DNA of 52,187 nucleotides from an uncultured Luminiphilus sp. GTDB taxonomy: Bacteria; Pseudomonadota; Gammaproteobacteria; Pseudomonadales; Halieaceae. A program made the translations under genes and the position numbers. The notes beneath the pieces are model-generated. The model was not told the origin of the DNA. It searched no databases and saw only the letters and a list, made by a program, of their open reading frames with translations. Positions 32,086 through 42,485 of the stretch are shown piece after piece (position 1 is the first letter of the stretch; the number at the start of each line of letters is the position of its first letter). The stretch lies in the NCBI GenBank assembly GCA_905478845.1, contig CAJQKG010000155.1:1-52187 (forward strand), written 5' to 3'.

Positions 32086-33930
32086 TTATCCGTCAATCAG
32101 GCTGATATCGCGAATAGCCCCTTTGTCGGCACTGGTGACCATGCTGGCATAGACTTTGAGTGCAGTAGAGACTTTTCTCGGTCTCTCATCCACTGGCTTC
32201 CATCCTCCCGGTCGACTATCGAGGGCGTCTCGGCGTGTTGCCAGCGTCGCTTCATCGAGCAGCACGTTGATCTGACGTGCGGGGATATCAATCTCAATGA
32301 TATCACCGGGTTCAATCAGGCCAATCGCCCCGCCAGCTGCTGCCTCGGGTGAGACGTGACCAATCGATAAGCCGGATGTGCCGCCCGAGAAACGGCCATC
32401 CGTAATCAGGGCGCATGCTTTACCGAGGTCTTTTGATTTCAGATAACTGGTGGGGTAAAGCATCTCCTGCATACCGGGTCCGCCACGCGGCCCCTCGTAG
32501 CGGATGATCACCACATCCCCAGCCTTTACACGGTCTTCGAGAATATCGCTGACGGCGGCCTCTTGGCTTTCGCAAACATGTGCGGGGCCGCTAAAGCGCA
32601 ACGAAGCGTCATCGACGCCGGCGGTTTTGACCACGCAGCCCGATTCAGCGATGTTGCCAAACAAGACAGCGAGCCCGCCTTCTTGAGAGTAAGCATGCGC
32701 CATATCTCTGACACAGCCCGAGTGTCGATCGGTATCTAGCGTTGGCCAACGGACCGCTTGGCTGAAGGCCTGTTGCGTGGGAATGCCGGCAGGGCCAGCA
32801 GCATAAAGGGTGCGCACATCGTCTCGCTCAGTTTGCATAATATCCCAGTCTGATAAGGCACTGGCCAGGCTATCACTGTGCACCGTGGGGCAATCGAGGT
32901 GCAGTAAGTTGCCGCGCGCCAATTCGCCCAGAATCGCCATGACGCCGCCAGCTCGGTGGACATCTTCCATGTGGTAAAGCGGAGTACTCGGCGCGACCTT
33001 ACATAGCTGTGGCACCTTGCGTGACAGCGTATCGATGTCTGCCATATCAAAATCCACCCCCGCCTCTTGTGCTGCTGCAAGCAGGTGCAGGATCGTATTG
33101 GTCGACCCCCCCATCGCAACATCTAGGGTCATGGCATTCTCAAAGGCCTTTTTACTGGCAATTTCCCGGGGCAAGGCCGTCTTATCGTCCTGCTCATACC
33201 AACGCTTAGCGACCTCTACGATCAAACGTCCAGCGCGCAAGAAAAGCTGTTCACGATCAGCATGTGTGGCGAGTAGAGAACCGTTACCTGGTAAACTCAA
33301 ACCGAGTGCTTCGGTCAGGCAATTCATTGAGTTGGCGGTGAACATGCCGGAGCATGAGCCACAGGTGGGACAGGCTGAGCGCTCATAGGCGTCTACTGTC
33401 GCATCATCGGCACTCGAGTCGGCCGCAATGACCATGGCATCCACTAAATCGAGCTTGTGCTCTGACAGGGCGGTTTTTCCTGCTTCCATGGGGCCACCCG
33501 AGACGAATATCACCGGGATATTGAGGCGCATAGCGGCGTTGAGCATCCCCGGCGTGATTTTATCGCAGTTAGAAATACACACCATGGCATCGGCACAGTG
33601 CGCATTGACCATATATTCGACCGAATCCGCAATGAGATCCCGAGAGGGCAAGCTGTAGAGCATCCCGTCATGGCCCATGGCGATGCCATCGTCGACGGCA
33701 ATGGTATTAAATTCTTTTGCGACGCCACCTGCCGCCTCGATTTCTCGTGCGACCAGCTGACCGAGATCTTTGAGGTGCACGTGCCCAGGTACAAACTGAG
33801 TGAATGAATTGACCACCGCGATAATGGGTTTTTCAAAGTCACCATCCTGCATGCCGGTGGCGCGCCATAGCGCGCGAGCACCTGCCATGTTGCGCCCGGC
33901 GGTCGAAGTGCGGGATCGGTATTGGGGCAT
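32086..33930 (-). CDS. ilvD: Dihydroxy-acid dehydratase
   Basis: [48 protein letters not shown]. Confidence 0.98.
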   Translation of the reverse strand: MPQYRSRTSTAGRNMAGARALWRATGMQDGDFEKPIIAVVNSFTQFVPGHVHLKDLGQLVAREIEAAGGVAKEFNTIAVDDGIAMGHDGMLYSLPSRDLIADSVEYMVNAHCADAMVCISNCDKITPGMLNAAMRLNIPVIFVSGGPMEAGKTALSEHKLDLVDAMVIAADSSADDATVDAYERSACPTCGSCSGMFTANSMNCLTEALGLSLPGNGSLLATHADREQLFLRAGRLIVEVAKRWYEQDDKTALPREIASKKAFENAMTLDVAMGGSTNTILHLLAAAQEAGVDFDMADIDTLSRKVPQLCKVAPSTPLYHMEDVHRAGGVMAILGELARGNLLHLDCPTVHSDSLASALSDWDIMQTERDDVRTLYAAGPAGIPTQQAFSQAVRWPTLDTDRHSGCVRDMAHAYSQEGGLAVLFGNIAESGCVVKTAGVDDASLRFSGPAHVCESQEAAVSDILEDRVKAGDVVIIRYEGPRGGPGMQEMLYPTSYLKSKDLGKACALITDGRFSGGTSGLSIGHVSPEAAAGGAIGLIEPGDIIEIDIPARQINVLLDEATLATRRDALDSRPGGWKPVDERPRKVSTALKVYASMVTSADKGAIRDISLIDG

Positions 33931-33981
33931 TGAAATCTCCCAGTGCTAAAAAAAGAGGACTAGCTTATCACTGGCAGGCAT

Positions 33982-35289
33982 TCAGTGTGACACTGGCCGA
34001 ATCAGGACGGCTGCATTACGTTGCCAGTTATATAATTGCTGTTTCTCTACGGGCAATGCCTCTTGCGTTGTCGCTGCAAAGCCTTGCTCAAGAAACCAGT
34101 GTGTCGTTTGCGTGGTAAGCGCAAACACGTGCGTCAGAGCGGACTCTGCGGCCTGGCTCAGCAGCGCCTGAAGCAGTTGCTCAGCCCGGCCGGCGCGCTG
34201 GTAATCGGGGTGGGTTGCCACACAGGCGATTTCGCCCACCTTTTCGTCTGGATAAGCATAAAGTGCCGCGCAGGCGACCACACGACCATCACGCTCGAGA
34301 AGGGAAAAATGCTCGATCTCTTCTTCGAGCCGCTCGCGTGACCGCCTGACTAAGGCGCCGCTGTCCTCTAGTGGACGAATGAGTTCTACAATACTCGCGA
34401 TGTCGTCAATCTGCGCGCGTCTGGCTTGCTCATACTGATTTTGCGCGATCAGCGTGCCGGATCCATCGTGAGTGAACAGTTCTTCCATCAATGCATCTTC
34501 GCGTTCGAAGCTGATGATATGGCTGCGCTCCACCCCAGCGGCACAGGCGCGGCAGGCGGCGTCCCGAAGTCGCTTTTGCTCATGATCATCGATGACAAAT
34601 TGTTCTGCGGCGGCGACGGTGCATTGTCTTATCAGTTGGCCGTCGGCCGTCATCAGCCCGTCGTATCGATCGAGGAATAGCAGTTTATCTGCGCCGATGG
34701 CCACTGCGACCGCTTCGGCGACTTCACTGGCACTGACGCTAAACAGCTCGCCTGCGGGTGAGTAGCCTAATGGTGAAATGAGGGCAATCGCGTCATTCTC
34801 CAGCACCGACAAAATGCCCTCAGCATCGACTCGTCGCACCGCGCCACTGTGAAGATAGTCAATGCCATCATAGATACCCAATGGACGGGCGGTGACAAAA
34901 TTGCCGCTCATAACGCGCAACCGTGCACCCAGAAGGGGGGTATTGGGCAGCCCCGTCGACATCATGCGCTCTAAGCGCAGCCGTTGATGTGACGCCGCAT
35001 CGCTAGCAATTGCCAGCGTGTCGTCATCGCTAATGCGAACGCCGTGATGAAATTGCTCAGGTGTATTATTTGCGGCTAGCTTCTCACCTATGGCTTCGCG
35101 GGTGGCGTGGACCAGCACGAGGCGGACCCCGAGTGAGTGCAGTAAAGCCAAATCATGAACGAGTGTGACGCATCGCGGCGCATCGAGTGCACCGCTGCCG
35201 AGGTAAACCACAAACGTTCGCCCGCGGTGTGCCTTAATATAAGGGCCCGTGTAGCGAAACCATGCGATGTTGCTGTCTTCTGAAGTCAT
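33982..35289 (-). CDS. argA: Amino-acid N-acetyltransferase (N-acetylglutamate synthase)
   Basis: WFR...PYI.AHRGRTFV, amino-acid-kinase-like domain, ELFTHDGSGT, C-terminal GNAT domain (HWFLEQGF, YNWQRN). Confidence 0.96.
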   Translation of the reverse strand: MTSEDSNIAWFRYTGPYIKAHRGRTFVVYLGSGALDAPRCVTLVHDLALLHSLGVRLVLVHATREAIGEKLAANNTPEQFHHGVRISDDDTLAIASDAASHQRLRLERMMSTGLPNTPLLGARLRVMSGNFVTARPLGIYDGIDYLHSGAVRRVDAEGILSVLENDAIALISPLGYSPAGELFSVSASEVAEAVAVAIGADKLLFLDRYDGLMTADGQLIRQCTVAAAEQFVIDDHEQKRLRDAACRACAAGVERSHIISFEREDALMEELFTHDGSGTLIAQNQYEQARRAQIDDIASIVELIRPLEDSGALVRRSRERLEEEIEHFSLLERDGRVVACAALYAYPDEKVGEIACVATHPDYQRAGRAEQLLQALLSQAAESALTHVFALTTQTTHWFLEQGFAATTQEALPVEKQQLYNWQRNAAVLIRPVSH

Positions 35290-35523
35290 GATTGCCTAGT
35301 CGTGTGTCGATGCGGTGAGCCATTAATACACTGCTAAATAGGGCCCTCCCTTGGGGGATCGCATCCTACCTGAGTCATGACACCTCAAGAAAGAGTAAAA
35401 AAACCGCAGCCTGAAGACAACGGTGGGATCTGACTGGTAGACGTCCCAAGTTGCGGCTAGTCTAGCCCCATGACGTGCAGCAAAGTCGACTGCGGCGAAC
35501 CGCCGCTACTACAGGACTGTTGA

Positions 35524-38418
35524 ATGCCCCCTCCGATCGCTCCTGCAACTGAAGCGCTTGCCACAGATTGGTTTGATGACAGTATTAGCGCGTCGGAAAT
35601 CCGATTGGCCGCCCGAGTCGGCAGTACGGCTTATGAAGCCCTTTGTGAGGTCGTTTTGACGGCTGGTCAAATGGACTCTTTCCGTACCTTAATGGCGAGC
35701 AGCGATTTTTTTGTCGAGCAGGTTGGCCGGCAATCCGCTTACCTGTGCCACGCCCTCGCTGAGGGCACTCTGTTGGCAACGCGCGAATGGACCACTGAGC
35801 AGTGGGACGCAGCCTTTGCCATCTTGAATGCGCCTGAAGCGACTGAGTCTGATTGTCTGGCAGCGTTGCGCACGTTTCGACATCGGCACCTGGTCCGCAT
35901 GCTGTGGCGTGAGGCCGCGCAGCTGGCGACAGTGGAGGATACTTTCGCTGAGTTGAGTGGCCTTGCCGATTGCTGCGTTCGCGCTGCGGTCGCTTTCTCC
36001 GTGGCAGCGCTGCGACCGAAATACGGTTTACCAATGGGACAAGAGTCAGGCGACGAACAGTCTTTGGTCGTGCTGGCAATGGGGAAACTCGGCGGCAACG
36101 AATTAAATCTTTCCTCTGATATTGATCTCATTTTTGCTTACCCCGAGGCGGGTGAGACAACCGGCGGAAGGCAGCCGCTCGCCAATCAGTCCTATTTTAT
36201 TAGGCTAGGGCAGATGGTTATTCGGTTGCTCGACGCGGTGACCGAGGACGGTTTTGTTTTTCGAGTCGATATGAGATTGAGGCCCTATGGTGACAGCGGT
36301 GCCTTGGTGGGCTCCTTCAACGCGTTAGAGCTCTATTACCAGGAGCAGGGTCGCGAGTGGGAGCGTTACGCCATGGTAAAAGCGCGGCCTATCACCGGCA
36401 CTGCAGCAGCGAAAACGAGCCTAATGTCCATGCTGTCTGCCTTTGTCTATCGACGTTATACCGATTTTTCGGTCATTGCCGCCTTGCGGAATATGAAATC
36501 GATGATGCGTGCCGAGGTGGCGCGGTTGGGGATCGATGCCGATGTGAAACGCGGCTCGGGCGGTATTCGCGAGATTGAATTTATTGCACAGAGTCTGCAG
36601 TTGATTCACGGGGGGCGCATGCCAGCGCTGCGGCTGCCATCACTCCTGCCGACTTTGCAGGCCCTGACGCAGGCTGAGGTATTGCCGACACAAGAAGCCC
36701 AGTGTTTAGCCGATCACTATCGCTTGCTCAGACGGGTGGAGCACGGATTACAGGGAATGGCGGATCGACAGACCCAAGCGTTGCCGGCTGAGCCGCTCCA
36801 CAGAGCTAAATTGGCCGTCTTGGTGGGGTATTCATCGTGGGAAGCATTGGAAAGCGATCTAGCGGGTGCGCGCCATGAGGTCGATGCCCTATTTACTGAT
36901 CTGATCGCTGACCCAGCTGACCATCCAAGTAACGAGCTTGCGTCATCTCGAACGCGCTTTTCTGCGCTCAATGCAGAGACGCTGACAGCGCTAGGTTATC
37001 GGCAACCTGAGTTCACTTGGGAGACGGTGGGATCACTGCTCGATAGCCCTTGGGTGGCGAGTTTACAAGGGGAGGGGCGCCACCGCTTTGAGGCGTTTCT
37101 GCCGCTACTGTGCGAGATGGCCGCCCATGAAGCCAATCCAGACGCAGCGTTAACGCGTGCACTGCCCTTTGTGAGAGCCGTTTGCCGGCGCAGTGCCTAT
37201 CTCGTGTTACTGCAGGAGAACCCCGCCGCCCTAAAACATTTACTGTCCCTTGTCGCGGCCAGCACGTGGGTCGCTGATCGCTTGGCGGCGCGCCCAGAGC
37301 TATTGGATGAGCTACTCCATGAGGCACAGCTTTTCAGCGCGCCAAGTCGCGACGAGATAAAATCTCTGGTGCGGCAACAGCTGCTGCGGATACCAGAGGA
37401 GGATCTCGAAGCGCAAATGGGCGCATTGAGCCGCATTAAGGAGGGTGTGATATTGCGAGTCGCTGCCAGTGAGCTCTCTGGCACGCTCCCAGTGATGCAG
37501 GTGAGTGACAATTTGACCTTTCTCGCCGAAGTAATGATCGAGCAAGCCATCGCAGTCGCTCGCGCTGAATTAGTCCAACGATACGGTGAGCCCCAAGCAG
37601 AGCACGCTGGGTTCGCTGTCATGGCCTATGGCAAATTGGGTGGCATCGAGCTGAGTTATGGTTCAGATCTTGATTTGGTCTTCGTATTCAACGGTGCCGA
37701 CGGCGAAACTGCGGGCCCTAAGGTGATCGACAACAGCCGTTTTTATACGCGACTGGCCCAGCGGGTGACCCACGTGCTGTCGGCGCAAATGTTTTCCGGA
37801 CGACTCTACGAGGTGGACCTCCGATTGCGCCCGGACGGTGATTCGGGGTTGGTTGCTGCGACGCTCACGGGTTTTAGGCGCTATCAACTCGAATCTGCAT
37901 GGACCTGGGAGCATCAGGCTTTGGTGCGAAGCCGCACGGTCGCGGGTGATCCCGCGCTCAGGGCGTCGTTAGAGCAATTGCGGCGGGAGGTACTGACCTT
38001 GCCGCGGCAGGTGCCCGCACTGTCAGCCGCTGTGCGGGATATGCGTCATAAAATGCGGGCTGAGCAGGCCTCGATGACCCGCGGCAATGAGCGCTTTGAT
38101 ATAAAGCGCGATCAAGGTGGTATTGTCGACATCGAATTTGTGGTGCAATACCTTGTGCTAGCCCATGCGGCTGAGCATCCGGCGCTAGCGCAGTGGTCAG
38201 ATGTGATCCGTTTATTGGAAACCCTCGAGCAAGTTGGGGTCCTGACTGCGGATCAGGCGTCTGTGCTGTCGAGTCGTTATTTGACCTATCGAAGCGCATT
38301 ACACGGGCTTGCGCTGCAAGGCGCAGACACACAGGTTGAGGCGGCCCCGCATGTGACGGGTCGTGAGCAGGTAAAGCGGGTGACAGAGGCATTACTGCCC
38401 GGTCTTCAAGCAACATAA
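35524..38418 (+). CDS. glnE: Glutamine synthetase adenylyltransferase/deadenylylase
   Basis: Two nucleotidyltransferase domains (MGKLGGNELNLSSDIDL; YGKLGGIELSYGSDLDL), VDMRLRP and VDLRLRP. Confidence 0.97.
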   Translation: MPPPIAPATEALATDWFDDSISASEIRLAARVGSTAYEALCEVVLTAGQMDSFRTLMASSDFFVEQVGRQSAYLCHALAEGTLLATREWTTEQWDAAFAILNAPEATESDCLAALRTFRHRHLVRMLWREAAQLATVEDTFAELSGLADCCVRAAVAFSVAALRPKYGLPMGQESGDEQSLVVLAMGKLGGNELNLSSDIDLIFAYPEAGETTGGRQPLANQSYFIRLGQMVIRLLDAVTEDGFVFRVDMRLRPYGDSGALVGSFNALELYYQEQGREWERYAMVKARPITGTAAAKTSLMSMLSAFVYRRYTDFSVIAALRNMKSMMRAEVARLGIDADVKRGSGGIREIEFIAQSLQLIHGGRMPALRLPSLLPTLQALTQAEVLPTQEAQCLADHYRLLRRVEHGLQGMADRQTQALPAEPLHRAKLAVLVGYSSWEALESDLAGARHEVDALFTDLIADPADHPSNELASSRTRFSALNAETLTALGYRQPEFTWETVGSLLDSPWVASLQGEGRHRFEAFLPLLCEMAAHEANPDAALTRALPFVRAVCRRSAYLVLLQENPAALKHLLSLVAASTWVADRLAARPELLDELLHEAQLFSAPSRDEIKSLVRQQLLRIPEEDLEAQMGALSRIKEGVILRVAASELSGTLPVMQVSDNLTFLAEVMIEQAIAVARAELVQRYGEPQAEHAGFAVMAYGKLGGIELSYGSDLDLVFVFNGADGETAGPKVIDNSRFYTRLAQRVTHVLSAQMFSGRLYEVDLRLRPDGDSGLVAATLTGFRRYQLESAWTWEHQALVRSRTVAGDPALRASLEQLRREVLTLPRQVPALSAAVRDMRHKMRAEQASMTRGNERFDIKRDQGGIVDIEFVVQYLVLAHAAEHPALAQWSDVIRLLETLEQVGVLTADQASVLSSRYLTYRSALHGLALQGADTQVEAAPHVTGREQVKRVTEALLPGLQAT

Positions 38419-38455
38419 TAGAGTCGGCGCTAGGCGGCGCAACTAAGGAAGTAGC

Positions 38456-39379
38456 ATGGATCTCTCACAACTCACTGGCCATATTTGGCTCGATGGCGAA
38501 ATGGTGCCCTGGCAGGAAGCGAAGGTGCATGTCTTGACCCATACCTTCCACTACGGTTTGGGTGTTTTTGAGGGTGTACGCGCCTATAAAACGCCTGAGG
38601 GCGCGTCTATTTTTCGTTTGCAGGAGCATACCGATCGATTGTTTCGTTCCGCCCACATTCTGCGCATGGAGATGCCCTTCGACAAGGTGACCCTGAGTGA
38701 GGCGCAACGCCAGGTGGTGCGTGCCAATGGGTTAGATGAGGCGTATATCCGTCCGATGTGTTTCCTCGGTTCGGAAGGAATGGGATTGCGCGCCGATAAT
38801 CTGAAAACACATGTGATGGTGGCCGCGTGGGCATGGCCTTCGTATATGGACCCTGAAGCGCGAGATCGCGGTATTCGTGTCGCGACGTCGAGCTATACGC
38901 GTCATCACGTCAATATCACGATGTGTAAGGCCAAAGCCAATGGCAACTACATCAACTCTATTCTCGCGTTGAGGGAAGCATTGGATGCCGGCTTCGAAGA
39001 AGCGCTGCTGCTCGATAATGAGGGCTACGTTGCTGAAGGCAGTGGCGAGAACGTCTTCTTGGTGCGCAATGGGGTGTTGTACACGCCAGAATTGACCTCT
39101 TGTTTAGAGGGCATTACGCGCGACAGCATTATGCGCATAGCGGCAGATCAGGGTCTTACCGTGAAGGAAAAGCGCATTACCCGCGATGAGGTCTATATAG
39201 CCGACGAGGCCTTTTTTACTGGCACCGCGGCTGAGGTCGTCCCCATTCGTGAAGTCGATAACCGCACGATTGGTACCGGGGTTCGCGGGCCTATTACCGA
39301 AACATTACAGCGTATTTATCTCGACTCCGTGCGCGGCGAGCAAGCGGAGTATGCTGACTGGCTGGCGCCCGTCGCATAG
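38456..39379 (+). CDS. ilvE: Branched-chain amino acid aminotransferase
   Basis: HYGLGVFEG, KAKANGNY, EGSGEN, LEGITR, GTAAEV. Confidence 0.97.
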   Translation: MDLSQLTGHIWLDGEMVPWQEAKVHVLTHTFHYGLGVFEGVRAYKTPEGASIFRLQEHTDRLFRSAHILRMEMPFDKVTLSEAQRQVVRANGLDEAYIRPMCFLGSEGMGLRADNLKTHVMVAAWAWPSYMDPEARDRGIRVATSSYTRHHVNITMCKAKANGNYINSILALREALDAGFEEALLLDNEGYVAEGSGENVFLVRNGVLYTPELTSCLEGITRDSIMRIAADQGLTVKEKRITRDEVYIADEAFFTGTAAEVVPIREVDNRTIGTGVRGPITETLQRIYLDSVRGEQAEYADWLAPVA

Positions 39380-39439
39380 CGGTATTGCCGGGTTGAAAAT
39401 GCAGTGCATGACGGCAGTCGACGTCGCGTAGCGAACGTC

Positions 39440-39472
39440 AGGTGCGTTGAACAGCGCAGCAGTGCGCCTTTT
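39440..39472 (+). terminator. Possible weak intrinsic terminator after ilvE
   Basis: AGGTGCGTTG...CAGTGCGCCT stem with three G-U pairs, followed by TTT. Confidence 0.3.
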
Positions 39473-39480
39473 CGGTAGCA

Positions 39481-40314
39481 ATGTTCGAGTTAGGTGGAGA
39501 TCACATTATGGAAACCTTGTCTTCGGGCATTCAGTATCGGCATTGGCCCGTACAAGAGGCAAAAGCCTGCATTTTGTTGATACATGGGCTGGCTGAGCAT
39601 ACGGGTCGGTACGAGCGTCTGGCGGCTTATTTTAATGCGAGAAGCATCGCCGTCGTGGGTCCTGATCATATCGGCCACGGAGCGTCGCCGGGGACTCGCG
39701 CTTATGTCGCTCAGTTCAGCGAGTATCTTGCGCCCCTCACCGAGCTGCGTGATGCGATCACGGGTTGGTATCCCGATACGCCCACTTTTATGCTGGGGCA
39801 CAGCATGGGCGGTTTAATTGCCGCGCACCTCCTGCTTCAGGACGCGCAGTCTTACCGAGGCGCTATGCTCTCTGGCCCGGCGTTTGCCGCAGACGAGGCC
39901 GTTTCGCCCGTCACGCTGTGGTTGGGCCGGCTATTTCGCGCCGTATTGCCCAAAATGGGCATGATGAGCTTAGAAGCGAATCAGGTCAGTCGTGATCCCG
40001 CGGTGGTGGCCGATTATATTGCCGACCCTTTGGTCTATAACGGCAAAATAACCGCCGCATTGGGGATGGAAATACTGAGCGCGATGGACGAAGCCATCGC
40101 GGGCGCGCAGCACATTACTTTGCCGGTTTACATTGCCCACGGGGAAGCAGATGTCATGGCGATGCCTGAGGGATCGCGCGCCTTTTTTCAGGCATTGGCC
40201 TCTGAAGATAAAACGCTGGATTGGTGGCCTGAGCTGTACCATGAGATTTTTCATGAACCCGAGTCCGAAGCAGTGATGGCCCGATTCGCAGAATGGTTGG
40301 AAGCGCATTTGTGA
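39481..40314 (+). CDS. Alpha/beta hydrolase, lysophospholipase/monoacylglycerol lipase family
   Basis: IHGLAEH, DHIGHG, GHSMGG nucleophile, HGEAD, LYHEIFHE. Confidence 0.9.
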   Translation: MFELGGDHIMETLSSGIQYRHWPVQEAKACILLIHGLAEHTGRYERLAAYFNARSIAVVGPDHIGHGASPGTRAYVAQFSEYLAPLTELRDAITGWYPDTPTFMLGHSMGGLIAAHLLLQDAQSYRGAMLSGPAFAADEAVSPVTLWLGRLFRAVLPKMGMMSLEANQVSRDPAVVADYIADPLVYNGKITAALGMEILSAMDEAIAGAQHITLPVYIAHGEADVMAMPEGSRAFFQALASEDKTLDWWPELYHEIFHEPESEAVMARFAEWLEAHL

Positions 40315-41192
40315 GTCATCCGCTGGCGCTGGTGCTCGGAGCAGGCGGGCAACTTGGGCAGGCCTGTCTCGCGGTGGTGCCACCACAACTGCGCGTGCAG
40401 GGGCTGACTCGAGCGCAATGTGATGTGACGGATCATGAAGCACTGCGTGATTGTTTACAGCGCCTGTCGCCGCAAATGGTCATTAACGCCGCTGCCTACA
40501 CGGCGGTGGATGCGGCAGAAGAGGATCGCCACCGTGCGCAGGTGCTCAACGCTGAAGCGCCGAAACACTTAGCCACGCTCTGCACCGAGCGGGGGATTCG
40601 TCTCGTGCATGTATCGACTGATTTTGTGTTTGATGGCGCCGCAACTACCCCTTACTTAACGACGGAGACGCCAGCGCCCATTGGGGTTTATGGCAAAACG
40701 AAGTTACAGGGAGAACAAGCAGTACTCGCCAGTGGGGCAGCTCATGCGGTGGTGCGCACAAGCTGGGTTTATGCCCCTCAAGGCAAGAACTTTATGCTCA
40801 CTATGCTGCGACTCATGGGAGAGCGCGGCGCGGTGAGCGTCGTCAGCGACCAAGTCGGTGCCCCGACGGCAGCATCCAGCTTAGCCCATATTTGTTGGCT
40901 ACTAGCTCAGAATGCTGAGGCGCAGGGTCTCTTCCATTGGAGCGACGAGGGGGAAATCAGTTGGTATGAATTTGCCTGTGCCATACGCGACGAGGCGACG
41001 GCGATTGGGTTGTTAACGACCCCGGTTACGGTAGAGCCGATTACTACCTCGGCCTTTCCGACTGCCGCCAAGCGGCCCGCTTATAGTGTGCTGAATGCAA
41101 AACAAACGTGCAACAGACTAGGGGTGGCGCAGCGCCCTTGGCGTGATGCGCTGCGTGACACTTTACAGGCAGTCGAGGCAAGGGAGTCTTAA
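40311..41192 (+). CDS. rmlD: dTDP-4-dehydrorhamnose reductase
   Basis: GAGGQLG, NAAAYTAVD.AE, STDFVFDG, YGKTK, RTSWVY, RPAYSVL. GTGA overlap with the upstream gene. Confidence 0.96.
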   Translation: MSHPLALVLGAGGQLGQACLAVVPPQLRVQGLTRAQCDVTDHEALRDCLQRLSPQMVINAAAYTAVDAAEEDRHRAQVLNAEAPKHLATLCTERGIRLVHVSTDFVFDGAATTPYLTTETPAPIGVYGKTKLQGEQAVLASGAAHAVVRTSWVYAPQGKNFMLTMLRLMGERGAVSVVSDQVGAPTAASSLAHICWLLAQNAEAQGLFHWSDEGEISWYEFACAIRDEATAIGLLTTPVTVEPITTSAFPTAAKRPAYSVLNAKQTCNRLGVAQRPWRDALRDTLQAVEARES

Positions 41193-41196
41193 TATC

Positions 41197-42261
41197 GTGA
41201 CAGAGTCTTTAATGGTGACAGGTGGCGCAGGATTCATTGGTGTGAACTTTGTGAATCATTGGACGCAAGCGCATCCAGAACACGCTTTAGTGGTATTTGA
41301 TGCCCTCACCTATGCGGGAAATCGCGCCAGCTTGGCGCCCCTGGAGGACAGTGGCCGCATTCAATTTGTGGAAGGGGATATTTGTGACGCGGCCCTCGTG
41401 GCCCGTGTTATGGCCGATTATCGTGTCGATACCATCGTGCATTTTGCCGCAGAGAGTCATGTAGACCGATCGATTACGGGCCCCGATGAATTTATCCGCA
41501 CGAATCTTCAGGGCACCCATGTTTTGCTTGCCGCTGCCCGGAACGCCTGGTTGTCGGGCTCGGGTTGCGAGCATCGTTTCCATCATGTTTCCACTGACGA
41601 GGTATACGGATCACTCAATGCCAGTGATCCCGCTTTTACCGAGACCACGCGCTATGAGCCCAATTCCCCTTATTCCGCGAGTAAGGCGGGCAGTGATCAT
41701 ATGGTGCGGGCTTATCACCATACTTATGGACTGCAGGTCACCACGAGCAACTGTTCGAACAATTACGGGCCCTACCACTTTCCTGAAAAATTAATCCCGT
41801 TGTGCCTGACGCGTATTTTAGATGGTGGCGCGCTGCCCATTTATGGCGATGGCACTAATATTCGCGATTGGCTTTATGTGGGTGATCATGCCCGGGGCAT
41901 TGCAGCCGTGCTTCAGGGGGGCATTCCCGGGGAAGTCTATAACATTGGTGGTCAGAACGAATGGGCTAACCTCGATATCGTGAAATTGTTGTGCCGAGTA
42001 TTGGATGAGCGCTTTGCGGCGGACGAGTCCTTAACAGGACGATTTCCCAACGCACCTCAGGCAAGAGGTTTGCCCAGCGAGAGCCTGATTGAATTTGTGA
42101 CGGATCGCGCCGGCCACGATTGGCGGTATGCGATTGATGCATCAAAAATTGAAGCTGAGCTGGGCTTTGTCCCAGAAGAAACTTTTGAAACTGGACTCAG
42201 CAAAACCGTCGATTGGTATCTGGATAATGAACACTGGTGGCGACCGCTGCTGTCACGCTGA
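41197..42261 (+). CDS. rmlB: dTDP-glucose 4,6-dehydratase
   Basis: TGGAGFIG, LTYAGN, HFAAESHVDRSI, HVSTDEVYG, YSASKA, DRAGHDWRYAID. Confidence 0.97.
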   Translation: MTESLMVTGGAGFIGVNFVNHWTQAHPEHALVVFDALTYAGNRASLAPLEDSGRIQFVEGDICDAALVARVMADYRVDTIVHFAAESHVDRSITGPDEFIRTNLQGTHVLLAAARNAWLSGSGCEHRFHHVSTDEVYGSLNASDPAFTETTRYEPNSPYSASKAGSDHMVRAYHHTYGLQVTTSNCSNNYGPYHFPEKLIPLCLTRILDGGALPIYGDGTNIRDWLYVGDHARGIAAVLQGGIPGEVYNIGGQNEWANLDIVKLLCRVLDERFAADESLTGRFPNAPQARGLPSESLIEFVTDRAGHDWRYAIDASKIEAELGFVPEETFETGLSKTVDWYLDNEHWWRPLLSR

Positions 42262-42292
42262 CGGATCAGTCGGCGACCGTGTTAGCCGCTTG

Positions 42293-42331
42293 GGTCAGTT
42301 GCTGAGGTCAGTCGCTGAGGTCGCTCGCTGA
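42293..42331 (+). repeat. Degenerate 13-bp tandem repeat x3
   Basis: ggtcagttgctga / ggtcagtcgctga / ggtcgctcgctga. Confidence 0.75.
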
Positions 42332-42442
42332 AAGCGTGCCGCGGTCAGGGTGCGTCGGCCGATGGTCTGACTGCCGCTCAAGAAACAGCGATAAATGCCT
42401 TAGTGAGCGCATCAGAGAATACTGCCACTGCGGGGGTTTGGC

Positions 42443-42472
42443 GTGCTCAGACACTGTGCTCAGACACTGTGC
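42443..42472 (+). repeat. Perfect 13-bp tandem repeat x2.3
   Basis: gtgctcagacact gtgctcagacact gtgc. Confidence 0.8.
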
Positions 42473-42485
42473 CTGGAATAGGTGG

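Noticed and set aside
39471-39483. ops/JUMPStart element (ttcggtagcaatg) ahead of the polysaccharide genes
   Set aside because: Lacks the GGCGGTAG core and the JUMPStart stem.
42293-42472. Possible CRISPR array
   Set aside because: The units are 13 bp and directly tandem, with no unique spacers and no cas genes nearby.
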